DNA of 64,000 nt, taken from the sequence record NC_055780.1, one strand, 5' to 3'. How positions within the stretch are numbered: the stretch's first letter is position 1; each line of letters starts with the position of its first letter. Both the position numbers and the translations under genes were made by a program. Under the pieces are notes generated by a model, which was not told the origin of the DNA, did not search any database, and was given only the letters and a program-made list of their open reading frames with translations. This stretch comes from Escherichia phage MLF4. Shown here piece by piece: positions 8,291 to 17,804 of the stretch.

Positions 8291-8752
8291 ATGATTATTA
8301 ATGAAAACTCTTGGCACTATAAATTATTCAAATTGTTTAACGATGAATGGCAACGACCTAAGACACTATGCGCATATTTTTGGTCTATTGCCATTCCTAC
8401 ATTTTTCGTTTCTATTTTTGGATGTGCTATACTCGTAGGGCTAACAATTATTTGTGCAGAAAGCCTACAGCGTTGGATTATTTTTGGTAGTTTATGGACT
8501 TTGCTTCCATCAGCATTTATACTTGCGCTTTTGGTTGTTTTACTTATTATCGGTTCATTTGTTATTCCTGCACATTTGCGTGAAAAATATAAAGATTATA
8601 AATGGAAAAAGGATTATGCTTTACACGTAGAAAATATTGATAGGGCGTATAAAGGTTTACCTCCTATTCAACCCAAGAAATCTATTATCGTCGAATTTTT
8701 AAAAGCCCGTAAAGCTAAAGTATGTCCTGTTATTGAATATAAGGCTGAATGA
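8291..8752 (+). CDS. integral membrane protein (153 aa)
   Basis: ATG after GAGGATAATT; 2-3 long hydrophobic segments. Confidence 0.5.
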   Translation: MIINENSWHYKLFKLFNDEWQRPKTLCAYFWSIAIPTFFVSIFGCAILVGLTIICAESLQRWIIFGSLWTLLPSAFILALLVVLLIIGSFVIPAHLREKYKDYKWKKDYALHVENIDRAYKGLPPIQPKKSIIVEFLKARKAKVCPVIEYKAE

Positions 8753-9762
8753 TGAAAACAGTAATGAAAAGCTATTTTGGTAGTCATCTTTATGGAACTT
8801 CTACTCCAGAATCTGATGTAGATTTTAAAGAAATCTTTGTTCCTCCTGCTCGCGATATTCTTATCGGAAATGTCAAAGAGCACATGAGTAAAAACACTAA
8901 CAATACATCATCTAAAAACACTAAAGATGATATTGACCATGAACTATACAGTCTTAAATATTTCTTTAAATTAGCAGCAGATGGTGAAACCGTAGCATTG
9001 GATATGCTTCACACTCCACCTGAACTAGTGGTTAAATCCGATTTGCCTGATGTGTGGAAGTTTATTCAAGACAACCGTTCTCGTTTTTATACGACTAACA
9101 TGAAATCATATTTAGGATATGTCCGCAAGCAAGCTTCTAAATACGGCGTCAAGGGTTCTCGTTTGGCTGCATTACGTGATGTATTGAAAGTAGTTAATCA
9201 AATCCCTGAGCAATGGGTTGATTACCAAGAAGACGGTTCCATTAAGCAGCGTCGTACTAAAGTTGAAGATATTAAGCATCGTCTTCCAGAAAACGAATTC
9301 TGTGAATGGGTGTTCCATAATCATGAGAAAACAGGCCCACAAACGTTCTACACTGTGTTGGGTCGTAAATATCAGACAACGCTTTCTCTTATTGAGCTTA
9401 AGCAGTCACTGAACAAATTAGATGCTGAATACGGTGAACGTGCTCGTAAGGCCGAAGCCAATGAAGGCATTGATTGGAAAGCACTAAGTCATGCTTGTCG
9501 TGGTGGACTCCAACTATTGGAAATTTACAAAACTGGTGACTTAGTCTATCCACTTCAAGATGCTCCATTTATTCTCGACGTGAAGTTGGGTAAACATCCA
9601 TTTAAAACAGTTCAAGAGTTTTTGGAAGATGTGGTCGATCAAGTAGAAGCAGCATCTACTGAAGCTTCTAAGAACGGTATGCCTAAAACAGTAGACATGA
9701 GTTTCTGGGATGACTTCCTTGAGAAGGTCTATCTTGAAAACCACCGAAGTTATTATAAATGA
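8749..9762 (+). CDS. nucleotidyltransferase-fold protein (pol-beta superfamily-like, 337 aa)
   Basis: ATGATG overlapping upstream stop; N-terminal GSHLYGTSTPESDVDF matches G[GS]x9-13DhD NTase motif. Confidence 0.55.
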   Translation: MMKTVMKSYFGSHLYGTSTPESDVDFKEIFVPPARDILIGNVKEHMSKNTNNTSSKNTKDDIDHELYSLKYFFKLAADGETVALDMLHTPPELVVKSDLPDVWKFIQDNRSRFYTTNMKSYLGYVRKQASKYGVKGSRLAALRDVLKVVNQIPEQWVDYQEDGSIKQRRTKVEDIKHRLPENEFCEWVFHNHEKTGPQTFYTVLGRKYQTTLSLIELKQSLNKLDAEYGERARKAEANEGIDWKALSHACRGGLQLLEIYKTGDLVYPLQDAPFILDVKLGKHPFKTVQEFLEDVVDQVEAASTEASKNGMPKTVDMSFWDDFLEKVYLENHRSYYK

Positions 9763-9764
9763 TA

Positions 9765-9788
9765 GGGAGCCTTCGGGCTCCCTTTTTT
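9765..9788 (+). terminator. hairpin terminator (GGGAGCC-TTCG-GGCTCCC + T6)
   Basis: 7-bp GC stem, UUCG loop, TTTTTT. Confidence 0.6.
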
Positions 9789-9812
9789 ATTTCAAAAATT
9801 TTTCACAAAACT

Positions 9813-9842
9813 GTTTACAAGCATAAAGCTTTATGGTACTAT
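9813..9842 (+). promoter_or_regulatory. T4-type early promoter with upstream TTTTCACAAAA element
   Basis: GTTTAC 9813-9818, 18-nt spacer, TACTAT 9837-9842. Confidence 0.55.
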
Positions 9843-9880
9843 ACAACTATCAAAACAAATGAGTAAATTGGAGATACAAA

Positions 9881-10081
9881 ATGACTACTTTGAATAAACG
9901 TTTCGGTAAAGCTAAATCTGGGTGTGCAGCTGAACGTCGTTATGTTTTCGCTCAGTTAGAAGATGTAGAGTATCAGATTAATCAAGTTCACATTACTGGT
10001 ATCGAGCCTATGTGTGGCCTTGAAGCTCTTCGTGAAGTTCGTGACGGGTATCGTCGTGACATCGAAGAAATGTCAAAATAA
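9881..10081 (+). CDS. hypothetical protein (66 aa)
   Basis: ATG after GGAGAT. Confidence 0.45.
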   Translation: MTTLNKRFGKAKSGCAAERRYVFAQLEDVEYQINQVHITGIEPMCGLEALREVRDGYRRDIEEMSK

Positions 10082-10092
10082 GTATACAAACT

Positions 10093-10120
10093 GATAGGAC
10101 TATGTTATAGTAGTCCTATC
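10093..10120 (+). repeat. perfect 10-bp inverted repeat (GATAGGACTA / TAGTCCTATC, 8-nt spacer)
   Basis: Read directly; overlaps a -10-like TATAGT in the 5' leader of the AAA+ gene. Confidence 0.6.
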
Positions 10121-10138
10121 AAATCAAAGGAGAATAAA

Positions 10139-11107
10139 ATGAAAACTGTAACTATCAATAAGGGTATTTACTTCGGTAAAGAAATCTCTGGAACTTTTGA
10201 GCTCTTAGGCGAATGGTTCCCAGATAATGCTCCGGTAGATGCACAAGGAGATGGTAAAGTTTTTGTTGAAATTGACGGTAAACGTCGCGGTGTTTGGGTT
10301 TACAAATCAGACATTTCATATGATGGTGTAAAAGTTGAAGAAGTTAAAGAATCGTATGAAGATATGAAAACCCGCATTAATAAAAGATTTAATGTTATGG
10401 GAATGATGACGAATGGTATTATTAACGGAAACATTCGTTCATTAATTATCTCTGGTGCAGCAGGTATTGGTAAAACGTATTCTTTAGATAAAGCTTTAAA
10501 TAAAGCAAATGATATTGGATACATTGAATATAAAAGCATTAATGGTAAAATCTCTGGTATTGGTCTTTATGAGCAGCTTTGGAATAATCGTGAAGAGAAT
10601 TCTGTCCTTTTGATTGATGATGTGGATGTTTTCTCTGATATGGACATTCTTAATCTTCTGAAAGCTGCTCTGGACACTGGAGAGACCCGTAAAGTCTGCT
10701 GGAGCACCGCATCTTCTTACTTAGAAGAAAAAGGCATTGAGCGTGAGTTTGAATTTAAAGGAACGATTGTTTTTATCACAAACGTTGACATTGACCGCGA
10801 ATTAGACCGTGGTACTAAACTTGCTCCACATTTACAAGCATTAGTGTCCCGCTCAGTTTATTTGGATTTGGGTGTTCACACTAATGAAGAAATTATGGTC
10901 AGGGTTGAAGATGTTATTCTTTCAACTGACATGATGCAAAAGCGCGGTCTTTCTGATGAAGAAACTTATAAAGCATTATCATGGATGAAAGTCAATGTTA
11001 ATCGTTTACGCAATGTTTCACTGCGTACTGCTCTTTATCTTGCTGACTTTATTATGACCGACAAAAACGGTTGGGAAGAAATCGCTGAGGTTACTCTTCT
11101 GAAATAA
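10139..11107 (+). CDS. AAA+ family ATPase (322 aa)
   Basis: ATG after AAAGGAGAA; Walker A GAAGIGKT, Walker B LLIDDVD. Confidence 0.6.
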   Translation: MKTVTINKGIYFGKEISGTFELLGEWFPDNAPVDAQGDGKVFVEIDGKRRGVWVYKSDISYDGVKVEEVKESYEDMKTRINKRFNVMGMMTNGIINGNIRSLIISGAAGIGKTYSLDKALNKANDIGYIEYKSINGKISGIGLYEQLWNNREENSVLLIDDVDVFSDMDILNLLKAALDTGETRKVCWSTASSYLEEKGIEREFEFKGTIVFITNVDIDRELDRGTKLAPHLQALVSRSVYLDLGVHTNEEIMVRVEDVILSTDMMQKRGLSDEETYKALSWMKVNVNRLRNVSLRTALYLADFIMTDKNGWEEIAEVTLLK

Positions 11108-11208
11108 TTCATAAGAGGACTTCTATGACAAAAAGGCAGTTCAGAAATAGATTATATGGACTGCCATCAAAAAGATGACTAGAATTAAACTGGTAAATGG
11201 AGGTAATG

Positions 11209-11511
11209 ATGTTATACTCAAAGGCTCGTGAAATTTACGAAACTAAAATTAAAGAAGCTGTATTTCAATTCGCAACGACAATGCGATGGACAAATGACTG
11301 GGAGTATTCAAAAAATCATAAGAAGCCCTTGGTGACAAGAAAGGCTCATATGTTAGTGTTAATAGACCGTGAGCAGATTAAAGCCCGAGAAGCCCTCCAG
11401 AATCATAAAAAGGCTGCCTTTGAATGGTTTATGGATAACACTGCTCCTGAGACTAAGAAAGCAGTGAGCGCGTGGTTCAGTGGAAAAAATTGTGAAAGAA
11501 GTTTCTTTTAG
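11209..11511 (+). CDS. hypothetical protein (about 100 aa)
   Basis: GGAGG 5 nt upstream of ATG 11209; alternative ATGs at 11197 and 11206. Confidence 0.4.
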   Translation: MLYSKAREIYETKIKEAVFQFATTMRWTNDWEYSKNHKKPLVTRKAHMLVLIDREQIKAREALQNHKKAAFEWFMDNTAPETKKAVSAWFSGKNCERSFF

Positions 11512-11513
11512 TG

Positions 11514-11543
11514 GTTTACAAGACTGTTCCTCTGTGGTACTAT
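11514..11543 (+). promoter_or_regulatory. T4-type early promoter
   Basis: GTTTAC 11514-11519, 18-nt spacer, TACTAT 11538-11543; leader ACTATACAACTATCAACTAC shared with other sites. Confidence 0.55.
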
Positions 11544-11571
11544 ACAACTATCAACTACGGAGGAACAGAAA

Positions 11572-12099
11572 ATGAATGCTAAAGATATTTTCAACTTGGT
11601 AAATTACAACGATGGTAAATTTAAATCTGAAGCACAAAGCAAGTTCTTTAATGACATCTCAATTGGAGGTGAAATCACGGTTGATGGAGGACAAATTTAT
11701 AAATCTCGTTGGAATTGGATTGTTATCATCGATGAGATTGGTATTGTAGAAATTTACAAAAATACGAATAAAAATCGTACATTACACTGGTCTCGTGATA
11801 CTAACGAACAGTACAAAAAGGATAAAGCATCTAAGTTATCTCGTGTAACTCAAGAAGATATTGAGTTCATCAAGAAAGATATTTTGATGTATGATAACTT
11901 AATTGCTGAAGAGCAAGCTGTTATTGATAAATTTGATGAGATTAAAGCTTCTCGTGAAATTCCTGATTTTATGAAAGAATCAGTAAATGAACGATACACT
12001 CTCATTTCAGAGCGTATTAAAACTTACAAAAAGCAAAGAGCTGAACGCCAGAATACTCTTCGGAAGTTTGAAGAACGGTTAAAGACGGTACTCGCATAA
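11572..12099 (+). CDS. hypothetical protein (175 aa)
   Basis: ATG after CGGAGGAA. Confidence 0.5.
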   Translation: MNAKDIFNLVNYNDGKFKSEAQSKFFNDISIGGEITVDGGQIYKSRWNWIVIIDEIGIVEIYKNTNKNRTLHWSRDTNEQYKKDKASKLSRVTQEDIEFIKKDILMYDNLIAEEQAVIDKFDEIKASREIPDFMKESVNERYTLISERIKTYKKQRAERQNTLRKFEERLKTVLA

Positions 12100-12125
12100 C
12101 CGCTTTATACCAAGGATGGTATAAT
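12096..12125 (+). promoter_or_regulatory. possible promoter (CCAAGGATGGTATAAT motif)
   Basis: TATAAT 12120-12125; weak -35; same core motif as promoters at 14470 and 59486. Confidence 0.3.
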
Positions 12126-12154
12126 GGTTCTAAGCCCTTTTAATTGAGATTATT

Positions 12155-12562
12155 ATGAAACAGTTGATAATTAAAAGATTGAATTTATTGATATGTTGTT
12201 TATGTATAGTAATTGCATATGGTTATTACGCAATTAATGATTATATGCATTATAAAGATTATGATGTTACTGTAGTTAATACCCTTACAGGAACTCAAGG
12301 AAAGGGGTCTAGTTTATCGTTTATTGCCGTATATGAACTCAAAGACGGTTATAGATTTAGTGAATATATTTCCCCAGAGATGTATTCATCAATAGAAAAA
12401 GGCGATAATATTACTGTAAGTTTACGTCCTTTCGACGTAAAACAGACATTGTTTGATAATATTGTTTGGTTCTTTGGAATGGTATTAGTTCAATCTGTGT
12501 GTGGTGCTTATATAGTCTTTTCCATCATATTCTGTATATTTAGTAAAATTGAAATTGAGTGA
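12155..12562 (+). CDS. membrane protein (135 aa)
   Basis: Hydrophobic N- and C-terminal segments. Confidence 0.5.
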   Translation: MKQLIIKRLNLLICCLCIVIAYGYYAINDYMHYKDYDVTVVNTLTGTQGKGSSLSFIAVYELKDGYRFSEYISPEMYSSIEKGDNITVSLRPFDVKQTLFDNIVWFFGMVLVQSVCGAYIVFSIIFCIFSKIEIE

Positions 12563-12569
12563 GGAAAAT

Positions 12570-13457
12570 ATGTCAGTAGTAATTAATAATGTCAATACAG
12601 TAATTAAATCTTTAGTTAATAAAAAAATGAATGAATGGACTGTACTTCGTCGTGGAGAGCCAGATAAATTTTTTCATAGATTTAACCCAACTTTGGATTT
12701 GAATGTTATTGACAGAGATGTTCATGCAGAAATTTTAGATAAGTTTAAAGTTGATATTGGATTTGGATTAGAAAAACATTTGCAGCGAACAAACGGGTCT
12801 GGAATGGGTTTATCTAATCGCATTATGAAAGCCCTTAATAAAATTGGAGCATTGTCTCGTATTAACGCGAGTGAAATTCTTCGCAATTATAATAAAGGCT
12901 ATGATCTTTATGGTCGACTAATGCCGAAATTATCATTTGACCAAATGATCGCAGATTTGTGGGAAAATCAACGACGATTATTAGCATTAGGCGCTCGATT
13001 AGCTAAAGGTCTAGATAAACAAATGATTTTTAAGACCAATAATACAGAAGACCTTAAATGCTTTAAATTTAGTATTCGCGGAGATGATTATTATGTCAGA
13101 GCTCGCTCTACAGATTATGTTAATATGGGGCATCATCTCTGTTTAGCTTTTGAAGTTTTAAAAGAAGCCGGAACATTAGAATATGTGTCTGGTGCTAAAT
13201 GCCCGATTGGTTCAAGTTGTATTTTAATTTATCGCCCGGATGAATCCAGTTTAACTAAATTGCCTACAAAACCTGTACCAGTTCGCAGTAATGAAAAACA
13301 TTCTGAGCAAATTGATTATTTTAATAAGCAAATTGAAGAGCTGAATATTTCTATTCAACAGTATGACGATGAAATTTTCAGACTATCTGGATTGAGTAGT
13401 AAAGCTAAATCTGAGCGTGAAAAATTAATTAAAATTGTTGATTTACTTAAATCTTAA
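12570..13457 (+). CDS. hypothetical protein with C-terminal coiled-coil tail (295 aa)
   Basis: ATG after GAGGAAAA (ORF-track start 12549 is TTG); C-terminal heptad-like stretch. Confidence 0.5.
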   Translation: MSVVINNVNTVIKSLVNKKMNEWTVLRRGEPDKFFHRFNPTLDLNVIDRDVHAEILDKFKVDIGFGLEKHLQRTNGSGMGLSNRIMKALNKIGALSRINASEILRNYNKGYDLYGRLMPKLSFDQMIADLWENQRRLLALGARLAKGLDKQMIFKTNNTEDLKCFKFSIRGDDYYVRARSTDYVNMGHHLCLAFEVLKEAGTLEYVSGAKCPIGSSCILIYRPDESSLTKLPTKPVPVRSNEKHSEQIDYFNKQIEELNISIQQYDDEIFRLSGLSSKAKSEREKLIKIVDLLKS

Positions 13458-13465
13458 GGAACACT

Positions 13466-14470
13466 ATGAAAACTCGTTCTCAAATTGAAGATATGGTTCG
13501 TAATGCCAGCTATACTCGTGATGTTATGACATTTTTGTGCCAAAATAATTTAGACCCTGATAAAGTTAATCGTGATATTCACTTTAAATATATGAATAGC
13601 AGTGAATGGTTACGTCATTTTAGTAAAGCGGGGTATATTACACAAATGACTGCTCGTGAGCAGCTCACCGATTTCTGTAAAACTATTGATTATAAAAATC
13701 CTCTGTTTGTTCAAGGTGTTGGTCAGAGTAAGGTCGATTTATCATCTGGATTTTTTAATCCAAATCATTATCGTATTGAATGGAGATTTATTGCTCTATT
13801 TCGTAAACAATTAAAGCAAATTTTGTCTACTGCTAGTCGATTAAAAGGCTCTGATATTAACTTAAAGAATCTGAAATTTGATGGTTATACTCTTCAGATG
13901 GAAGTAAGACCATTAAAAGAAAATAATAGAACTGCACGAATTAGCTTTAAACCTAGTACTAAAAATTCTCTTTCAATTTGTGAATGTCTTAAATCACAGC
14001 TGACAGAAGCATTTAAGTATATGGATGTTGTTGCCGCTGTTCAATCTAAGATTTCGCAGCATTTCGAACGATTTAAATTAGATACGACAACATATGAACT
14101 TGATATGATCGTTTCATTTAAATATGATTTTTTGAGAAAGGACGAAGTTACACAAGAGAAAAAACCTGAACCCCAAACTAATTACTCATCAAACGATCCT
14201 AAATTTTGGATGTATAGTTCAGGTAATAAAGATGCATGGAAATTTAATAAAGTGAATTTTCTTCCTATTGAAAATCCGAGTCTTAAACCTGTTGAAAAAT
14301 GGCACGCGGATGCGATTGAGAAGTCTCTTAAGGCAGTAGATGATGAACTCGTTAAAGCAACTAATGAAGTGTTAGAAGCTGAAAAGATGCTAGAAAAAGC
14401 TCAAGAAAAAGTAAAAAATCTCACGAAGCAACGTTCTAAATTGAACAACGCACTAAATGCACTAAACTAG
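13466..14470 (+). CDS. hypothetical protein with C-terminal coiled-coil tail (334 aa)
   Basis: ATG after AAGGAAC; C-terminal 55 residues charged/heptad-like. Confidence 0.55.
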   Translation: MKTRSQIEDMVRNASYTRDVMTFLCQNNLDPDKVNRDIHFKYMNSSEWLRHFSKAGYITQMTAREQLTDFCKTIDYKNPLFVQGVGQSKVDLSSGFFNPNHYRIEWRFIALFRKQLKQILSTASRLKGSDINLKNLKFDGYTLQMEVRPLKENNRTARISFKPSTKNSLSICECLKSQLTEAFKYMDVVAAVQSKISQHFERFKLDTTTYELDMIVSFKYDFLRKDEVTQEKKPEPQTNYSSNDPKFWMYSSGNKDAWKFNKVNFLPIENPSLKPVEKWHADAIEKSLKAVDDELVKATNEVLEAEKMLEKAQEKVKNLTKQRSKLNNALNALN

Positions 14471-14499
14471 TTTACTTCGCCACAAGGATGTGGTATAAT
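14470..14499 (+). promoter_or_regulatory. T4-type early promoter
   Basis: GTTTAC 14470-14475, 18-nt spacer, TATAAT 14494-14499. Confidence 0.6.
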
Positions 14500-14527
14500 G
14501 TTCTTACTTTCTACTGAGGAGATTAAT

Positions 14528-15529
14528 ATGACTCGCAACGAATATATTAAATCGTTCAACAGCGTTATTGATGATAAAGTTAAACCTATGTTTAGTCAGA
14601 ATAGTGTGATTTCTATTATCAATCAATGGCTCAATAATACTGATGCAAGTATTGTTTCTTCCAGCAAATTTATTCATGAAGTTCATAAAATTTCTAGTCG
14701 TGCAGATAAAGATGATATTAAGGAAACCTTTAAAGGGTCTCGTCTTCTTTCATACTTAGTCAACAGAGATATTCTTAGTAAATTTGGGAAAGAAATTAAA
14801 CGAACTAAAGATGTAGTAGGATATAATTGGTTTGGTGATGTTAATTCTTATCATCTTAATAATAAAGAAGACCCTGAGAATATTTTTACTCGTCGTTGGA
14901 TTAGTAATTTCAGACTTTTCAAAGGACAAATTCTAAAATCAGCTTCTAAATTATGTTATGGCGATTATCGTCAAATTCATCCTTTGGCTTCTGATATGAT
15001 TATCGTAAAAGAATATGAGCTTGATGAAAATAAAGTAGCTATTTTTGTGAATTATGGATTTTTTACACCAAACGCTAATCAAAAGAATATTAATAAATTT
15101 TTCTCAATTGCTAGCACTATAACTTATCAATTAGAGGCGGTTTTGGGCTGTATGGAAACAGTAGAAAATATTCATACATATCCTTTTAAGAATATATGCG
15201 GTTGGGAAGGATATAAAATTGTAGTTAGTCTCCGTGAAGTAAAGTGCGCGTACTCACCGACTGATAAAGAAATTTATCATCAAAAATGTGATGAAATTGT
15301 GAATACTCCTAAAGAAGAAACTACACTTGAGGAACTAATGGAATGTCTTGATGATTCACCTGAACCGGTAGAAATTCGTCCAGAAGTTATTGCATTAGAA
15401 AAAGCTTATAAGGAAGCTCTAGAAATTTCTAATAAAGCACAGAAAGAATATGAGAAGGCTAAAAGGATTTGGGAAGAATCTGTTAATCGCCTTGATCGCT
15501 TAGAACAGGCTTTACAGTTAATTAAGTAA
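14528..15529 (+). CDS. hypothetical protein with C-terminal coiled-coil tail (333 aa)
   Basis: ATG after GAGGAG (ORF-track ATG 14498 sits inside the -10 box); C-terminal heptad-like stretch. Confidence 0.55.
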   Translation: MTRNEYIKSFNSVIDDKVKPMFSQNSVISIINQWLNNTDASIVSSSKFIHEVHKISSRADKDDIKETFKGSRLLSYLVNRDILSKFGKEIKRTKDVVGYNWFGDVNSYHLNNKEDPENIFTRRWISNFRLFKGQILKSASKLCYGDYRQIHPLASDMIIVKEYELDENKVAIFVNYGFFTPNANQKNINKFFSIASTITYQLEAVLGCMETVENIHTYPFKNICGWEGYKIVVSLREVKCAYSPTDKEIYHQKCDEIVNTPKEETTLEELMECLDDSPEPVEIRPEVIALEKAYKEALEISNKAQKEYEKAKRIWEESVNRLDRLEQALQLIK

Positions 15530-15583
15530 AATTTAAAGCCAAGGATGGCTCGGAGTATAAATCATTAACCAAGTGAGAAGAAC

Positions 15584-16513
15584 ATGAAAACTCGTAAACA
15601 TTATATTGATTATTTTGACAGTCTTATTACTAAACATCGTAATTATCAGATCGGACACAGAGCAGTAATCAATAATATTCTTCGTGATTTCCTTCAATAT
15701 GTTGGCCAGGAAAATTATATCTGTAAAGATACTCAAAACGCTTATTCTCATTCGTTAGGTAATTTGCTTGAATGGTTTAAACGTTCTCGTATGTTATCTT
15801 CTACTGTAGCTCGCGATAACATTAAAAACTTTATGAAGCCGAGCTTTATTAAATCTGAGACATCTATAACTGATTTGGTTGAATTTACTATTGTTAACGA
15901 TGTTAAAAAGACTCATTTGGCTGATTGGTTATCTACCATTCCTGAAACTAAATTTGCTGATAAATTTGCTTGTCAATTCAATGACCAAGTGAATATGCTT
16001 TTTAAGCATGCTCGCAAACTGTTTACCGCGGGTGATGACCGTACAAATACAGTTCATGTTAAGGACTGGGTTATTGCTGATGAAGTAACACACAAGCCAG
16101 GTGGTTCATCAGTATTAATTAATATCCAGGTTCCTTATTATTACTCACGTAATCTCGGCACCATGACAGCTAAAGAAATTAATAAGCACAACAAAACTAT
16201 TCGTTCGTTGTCTTATAAACTCCGCATGATGTTAAAAATCATGGACGTAGTAGAAATGTATGACGAAACCGAAGATAATGGTTCAATGTTATACAGTTCA
16301 CGTATTCTAATTAAACTGAAGAACCCTAATACATATAAGACAGTTGTAAAAGAGCCTAAAGCAGAAAAGATTGATAACATGAGTGAAGAACGTGAATACC
16401 TCAAATCTCGACTGGTTGAAGTTGAATCCCAGATTGCCGAACACACCAAATTGTTAAAAGCTCTTAATGCAAAAGCAAATGGTTTACGTAATGCTATTGA
16501 GGTATTGAAATGA
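15584..16513 (+). CDS. hypothetical protein with C-terminal coiled-coil tail (309 aa)
   Basis: ATG after GTGAGAAG; C-terminal heptad-like stretch. Confidence 0.55.
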   Translation: MKTRKHYIDYFDSLITKHRNYQIGHRAVINNILRDFLQYVGQENYICKDTQNAYSHSLGNLLEWFKRSRMLSSTVARDNIKNFMKPSFIKSETSITDLVEFTIVNDVKKTHLADWLSTIPETKFADKFACQFNDQVNMLFKHARKLFTAGDDRTNTVHVKDWVIADEVTHKPGGSSVLINIQVPYYYSRNLGTMTAKEINKHNKTIRSLSYKLRMMLKIMDVVEMYDETEDNGSMLYSSRILIKLKNPNTYKTVVKEPKAEKIDNMSEEREYLKSRLVEVESQIAEHTKLLKALNAKANGLRNAIEVLK

Positions 16514-16899
16514 AAAAGCGTTTATTAGAAGACATTGCAGCTTCAAGTAATTCCAGTTTAATTAAAATTATTATGGCTGGTGAGGAAGATGATATGGAAA
16601 TGCGTGGAAAGATTCACGGCTGCGACGATTTAGATTTTAAACCTCCAGCATGGGATGCTATTATGGCTATGGTTGAACGACGTGAAAGAGCTTCTAAAAA
16701 CGTTCCTAATTGCCCTGAATGCGGTACTGAACAAGTTCAGTTGATTAACTGGCGTAAACCAGAGCTTGAATATAAATGCCGTCAATGTAAACATAAATTC
16801 AGTAAGCATGCTCCGGAAATGGTTAAATTGCCTGACTCTACTGAGTTCTTTAAAGAACTTGTGAGTGTTCAACCAATGCCTAATAATATTTTGGATTAA
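16510..16899 (+). CDS. zinc-ribbon protein (129 aa)
   Basis: ATGA overlap; CPECG..(17)..CRQC four-Cys motif. Confidence 0.5.
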   Translation: MKKRLLEDIAASSNSSLIKIIMAGEEDDMEMRGKIHGCDDLDFKPPAWDAIMAMVERRERASKNVPNCPECGTEQVQLINWRKPELEYKCRQCKHKFSKHAPEMVKLPDSTEFFKELVSVQPMPNNILD

Positions 16900-16901
16900 A
16901 A

Positions 16902-17144
16902 ATGACCAAGCGTAAAGAATATATGGAGGCTGCTGAAAAGGCAGTCCGTGAATTAGCAATAGCTTATTATAATGAACACGGTAAATTTCCTGATAGATAC
17001 AGCGTGCTTAAATCTGCTTTAACTCGTTCATATAAAAATATGCTATCAGAAGTAAGTGATATTATATACAAACATAAAGAACAAACGGGCCAAAGTCTTG
17101 ATTACGACGAGACTTTTAAACAAGTACTAGGAATTAAGGAATAA
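16902..17144 (+). CDS. hypothetical protein (80 aa)
   Basis: ATG 2 nt after upstream stop. Confidence 0.45.
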   Translation: MTKRKEYMEAAEKAVRELAIAYYNEHGKFPDRYSVLKSALTRSYKNMLSEVSDIIYKHKEQTGQSLDYDETFKQVLGIKE

Positions 17145-17145
17145 T

Positions 17146-17409
17146 ATGTTTAAAGTATATGGTTATGATAGCAACATTCATAAATGTGTGTATTGCGATA
17201 ATGCAAAACGTCTTTTGACCGTGAAGAAACAGCCGTTTGAATTTATCAACATTATGCCGGAAAAAGGTGTTTTTGATGATGAGAAAATCGCTGAGCTTCT
17301 GACTAAACTAGGTCGTGATACTCAAATCGGCTTGACAATGCCCCAGGTATTTGCTCCTGATGGAAGTCATATTGGTGGATTTGACCAACTGCGAGAATAT
17401 TTTAAATGA
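17146..17409 (+). CDS. nrdC: phage glutaredoxin/thioredoxin NrdC (87 aa)
   Basis: ATG after AAGGA; CVYC active site; matches recollection of T4 NrdC. Confidence 0.85.
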   Translation: MFKVYGYDSNIHKCVYCDNAKRLLTVKKQPFEFINIMPEKGVFDDEKIAELLTKLGRDTQIGLTMPQVFAPDGSHIGGFDQLREYFK

Positions 17410-17621
17410 TGCTCGAAGGAACTGACTATATTCATGATTACCGCGGAAGCGCGGTATATGTAGGTGATGAAGTTGCAGTTTATTATGGGTATGGAACTTT
17501 GATGACAGCCAAGGTTATTCAAATTAAAAATAATCGTGCTAAACTCGAAGTTTATTATTCTAATGGTGAAAAGTCTATTTCTAAGTGGAAATACGGCGAT
17601 TGTATGGTTAAATTGGGGTAA
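17406..17621 (+). CDS. hypothetical protein (71 aa)
   Basis: ATGA overlap with nrdC stop. Confidence 0.45.
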   Translation: MMLEGTDYIHDYRGSAVYVGDEVAVYYGYGTLMTAKVIQIKNNRAKLEVYYSNGEKSISKWKYGDCMVKLG

Positions 17622-17623
17622 AT

Positions 17624-17794
17624 ATGATTTACGATATTAATGTATCACGAGCTCCGTCAATGGTTACTATTCCAGCCGAAGAACTAGATCGTCTTCAGAA
17701 AATTGAAGAACTTCTTTGGGAAATTGAATGTGACCTGCCATCAGGACTAGAATCCTGGATTGATGATGAAGAACTTAATAAATTGCGAAATTAA
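17624..17794 (+). CDS. hypothetical small acidic protein (56 aa)
   Basis: ATG 2 nt after upstream stop; below ORF-track cutoff. Confidence 0.3.
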   Translation: MIYDINVSRAPSMVTIPAEELDRLQKIEELLWEIECDLPSGLESWIDDEELNKLRN

Positions 17795-17804
17795 TTGGTG
17801 AAAA

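Noticed and set aside
16630-16959. 109-aa minus-strand ORF
   Set aside because: Fully embedded antisense in the zinc-ribbon gene at 16510; no start signals.
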